A stretch of DNA of 64,000 nucleotides from Eledone cirrhosa (lineage: Eukaryota), in the NCBI GenBank assembly GCA_964016885.1, contig OZ024742.1:320168001-320232000 (forward strand). The letters are read 5' to 3'. Made by a program: the position numbers and the translations under genes. This document shows, in pieces, positions 60,684 to 64,000 of this stretch (position 1 is the first letter of the stretch; every line of letters begins with the position of its first letter). The notes below the pieces were generated by a model. The model did no database searches and was not told the origin of the DNA. It saw nothing but the letters and a program-made list of their open reading frames with translations.

Positions 60684-60739
60684 ACTGCCTGATGAGGTCA
60701 TAGCCATTCAATGGCTATCATCGAAATATATATAGCAGT
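60684..60739 (+). ncRNA. Minimal type I hammerhead ribozyme
   Basis: actgc CTGATGA ggtcATAGCCATTcAATGGCTATcatc GAAA tatata TA gcagt. Confidence 0.85.
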
Positions 60740-60784
60740 AAATAAAGGATTATGAGTTCATGCAATTGACTTATGTTTCGTCAC

Positions 60785-60819
<35 letters not shown>

Positions 60820-60821
<2 letters not shown>

Positions 60822-62968
60822 TATACAGTCTGCTCAGGGAGGTGTATGGTCCGACCTGTTCACAAATATCACCACTTCGCTCCGGGGACGGCAAGGAATT
60901 GCTCAGAGATCCGAAGGAAATCCTGATCAGGATCAACAGACCATCAGAAATTGATGATGAGTTCATCCGGTCGATTCCATCCAGACCTACAAAGCTGGCA
61001 ATGGCTGATCCTCCTTCATTTGATGAGGTGGCGAAGGCCATTGTCAAATTAAACAGCGGCAAGTCATTTGGAATGGATGGACTGAGTGCCGAGATTTTCA
61101 AGTGTGCTGGTGATAACTTCTTAAACCACCTCACTGATCTCTTTGTGAATGTTTGGAATGAAGAAGATGTGCCACAGGATTGGAAAGATGCATTGATGGT
61201 GGTACTTTACAAAGGAAAGGGAGCCAAAGGTGACTGTGGCAACTACAGAGGTATTTCACTGCTATCTGTGGCTGGGAAGATCTTGTGCAGGATATTGTTG
61301 GACAGATTGATACAGCACATTGCTGTTGAGGTACTTCCTGAGTCCCAATGTGGCTTTAGGAATAGCAGAGGTACTGTTGACATGATTTTCTCGGCCAAAC
61401 AACTTCAAGAGAAATGCATTGAGCAGCGCATGGACTTATACCAAGTTTTTGTCGATCTGACCAAGGCATTTGACACCGTTAATCGGAAGGCTTTGTGGGT
61501 TATTTTAGAGAGATTGGGCTGTCCTAAAAAGTTTGTGAACATTCTGAAACTCTTCCACGATGACATGCAGGCATGGGTGAATGTTGGAGGTAAACTGTCT
61601 GAGCCAATCTCGGTTGAAAATGGTGTCAAGCAGGGTGATATACCTGCACCAACTTTGTTTGCCTTGTATTTCGCGATGGTGTTCTTCATGGCCTTCAAGG
61701 ATTGTCAACACGGTATCTATCTTAGATATCGCACTTTCGACAAGCTGTTTAACCTTAGGCGTCTCACTGCCAACACTAAGGGACTGAGTACCTTGATCAG
61801 AGAAATTTTATATGCAGATGATTGTGATCTCTTTGCACACTCCCAGAGTGACATGCAACACCTTATGGATTCTTTTTCCAATGCATGCAGTGCTTTGGGA
61901 CTGACAATCAGTCTGAAGAAGACTGTCGTCATGTACCAACCTGCTCCGAATAAAGTTTTCAATGAACCCTCCATACATGTATACGGTCAAAAGCTGAAGG
62001 CTGCTGACACATTTGTGTATTTGGGGAGTACTCTGAGTGTGACCTGTTCTCTGGATGCAGAAGTTGGTCTACGTGTTAGTAAGGCAAGTGAGTCATTTGG
62101 AAGGCTCAACGACCGTCTTTGGTGCAGGCGAGGAATCACAATGAGGACCAAGGTGAGAGTGTATGCTGCATGAGTGCTGTCAGCTTTGCTGTATGCATGT
62201 GAGATATGGGTTGCCTAAAAACGGAATAGCCACAGACTGGAACGGTTTCACCAGCAGTGTCTCAGAAAGATGCTTGGTATCAAGTGGCAGATGCATGTGA
62301 GTGATGTTGAGGTCCTTGAGAGAAGTGAGTGTCGGAGCATTGAGAGTATCATCCACCAACGGCGTTTGCGATGGACCGGACACCTCTGCAGAATGGAGGA
62401 TGATCGAATCCCAAAACAACTCTTGTATGGAGAGCTTTGTGAGGGTAAGAGACCACCTCACAAACCAAAGCTCCGATTCAAGGATTGTGTAAAGGACTCA
62501 TTGAAAAAAACTGGTTTGATGATGGCTGACTGGGAGATAGAAGCTCTTGAAAGAGAAACTTGGCGTGGAATGGTGAATGATGGGGTCCATATTTTGAGGA
62601 CAGACGTATAGGGCACGAGAAGATCAAAAGGGATGTGCGTAAGCAATGCCCTGGTGTATCTCTCGAAACGATCGGTGTCTCCATTGAATTGAAGTGCCCT
62701 GAGTGTGGAAAAATTTGCTTGAGCAAATCTGGTCTCAGGAGCCACAGTCACAGCCAGGTTCAAAGAGAACCAGTGAACTATGATCTCCACGGTGTTGTGA
62801 GGGTTCACGGGCAACCTGATGCGGGACCTCAAGCCAGGGAGATCCATAGTTGTCGTCAGTGTGTGAAGGAGTGCAAGTCTTTAGCAGACTTGAAAAGCCA
62901 TATCCGAGCGTCCCACATCTGAATCTGACAAGCAATTGCAATACTCTTGGCAGAGTTTGCAGCCATCA
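60820..62968 (+). mobile_element. 5'-truncated RTE-clade LINE with RT and C-terminal C2H2 zinc fingers (pseudogenised)
   Basis: ORF 60842..62173 (YRGISLLS, QCGFR, DLTKAFD, GVKQGD, YADD, YLGS) continues through stops to 62270..62611 (RRLRWTGHLCRM) and CPECGK...H / CRQCVK...H. Flanked by (TA)n on both sides. Confidence 0.93.
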
Positions 62969-62980
62969 TATATATATATA

Positions 62981-63140
62981 GGTAAAATTCCGTTATAACG
63001 AATTTTTCAGTATAATGAAACTTTTTTCAATCCCCGGCCACACGCTCGATGGGTTTCGGTCGATCTCGCTATAAAGAATTTTTCGTTACAACGAATTTCT
63101 TTTTATACCCCGTGAATTTCGTTAAAACGGAATTTCACTG
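62981..63140. mobile_element. pogo/Tc1-type MITE remnant
   Basis: aaattccgttataacgaa ... ttcgttaaaacggaatttcactg|TA inverted termini. The left terminus is eroded. Confidence 0.65.
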
Positions 63141-63141
63141 T

Positions 63142-63181
<40 letters not shown>

Positions 63182-63881
63182 GTGTGTATATAAGAATCTA
63201 TTGAGTACAAAGAGAAAAAAGGAAATAAGGAAGAAACACAGTAACCAACAAAGGATAAGAAAATATATTTCTTGTTCTTTTTATTAAAAATAATTGCCTC
63301 TCTGTTGTTATATATCAGGATATAACTTCCTCTTTTGGTTATCGTTGGGGAGAAAAAAAGGCGCATTGATTTCCTTACGTGTTCACTGGCTTATCAGTGA
63401 TCATCACAGGAGGTCCTATTTGTTGATTTACAATCACAGCTGTTTCTGTCGTTAGCTTCATCGATTTCAACATTTGCTGCTGTTATTGGTTTGTTGCTGC
63501 TATTGCTAATGTTGTTGGTGCTGTTGTTGTTGTTGATGTTATTGCTGCTTCAGCTCTGTCAACTGATTCTCCTGTAGTTGATGTTGCTGCTTTTGTATCA
63601 ACTGTGGATGATGCCACCTGCTTCTTAGTGGTGGTGCTACTGTTGTTGCAGTGTCTATTGCTGTCGTTGTTGTTGCTGCTGCTGCTGCTGCTGCTAGTGT
63701 GTTTAGTGGTACCTGTTCCAATGGAAACGATAGGAATGTTCACTAAGAAGTGTGTCTATAACATAGAAGAGGACATGACTTAGGAAAGAAAGTGCAGACT
63801 GGACAGAGAAAATAAATACAGCCTGGTCAGACTGCCACAGTGCACCTTATATAATAATAAACCTCTACAAAACTATTATAT

Positions 63882-63972
63882 ATCCAAGGAAGGCGCAGGC
63901 GCGCAAATTACCCACTCCCGGCACGGGGAGGTAGTCACGAAAAATAACGACGCGGTACCCTGTCGAGGCCCG
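63882..63972 (+). rRNA. Isolated 18S rRNA fragment (pseudogene-like)
   Basis: atccaaggaaggc-gcaggcgcgcaaattacccactcccggcacggggaggtagt.acgaaaaataac matches a universally conserved 18S segment. There is no upstream 18S sequence, and it has a 1 nt deletion against the consensus GGCAGCAGG. Confidence 0.88.
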
Positions 63973-64000
63973 GCGGGCTGCTCTCTGTTGTTTTTACCGA

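Overview
AT-rich, microsatellite-dense metazoan DNA. A cephalopod/octopus-like origin is inferred from the SINE content and the actin gene structure. The only intact host gene is a two-exon cytoplasmic actin on the minus strand (15616-15494 + 12311-11307, 375 aa). The rest is mobile DNA: tRNA-derived SINEs, RTE-like and Tx1/L1-like LINE fragments, two Penelope-like (GIY-YIG) remnants, non-autonomous Helitrons, two Tc1/mariner-type MITEs and an 18S rRNA fragment at the right edge. The main signal, invisible in the ORF track, is a dense set of minimal type I hammerhead ribozyme (HHR) motifs: 7 with intact cores and about 7 degenerate. They lie in the Penelope 3' regions and in several unrelated 150-900 bp non-coding elements that end at (TA)n or (CA)n tracts. 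Many of these elements share a small NNTC...TTGANN hairpin between ribozyme and 3' end. Many are also fused 5'-to-5' with other elements or with fold-back copies of flanking DNA, so that both 3' ends face outward into microsatellites. All structures were read by eye, repeat boundaries are approximate, and none were confirmed computationally.
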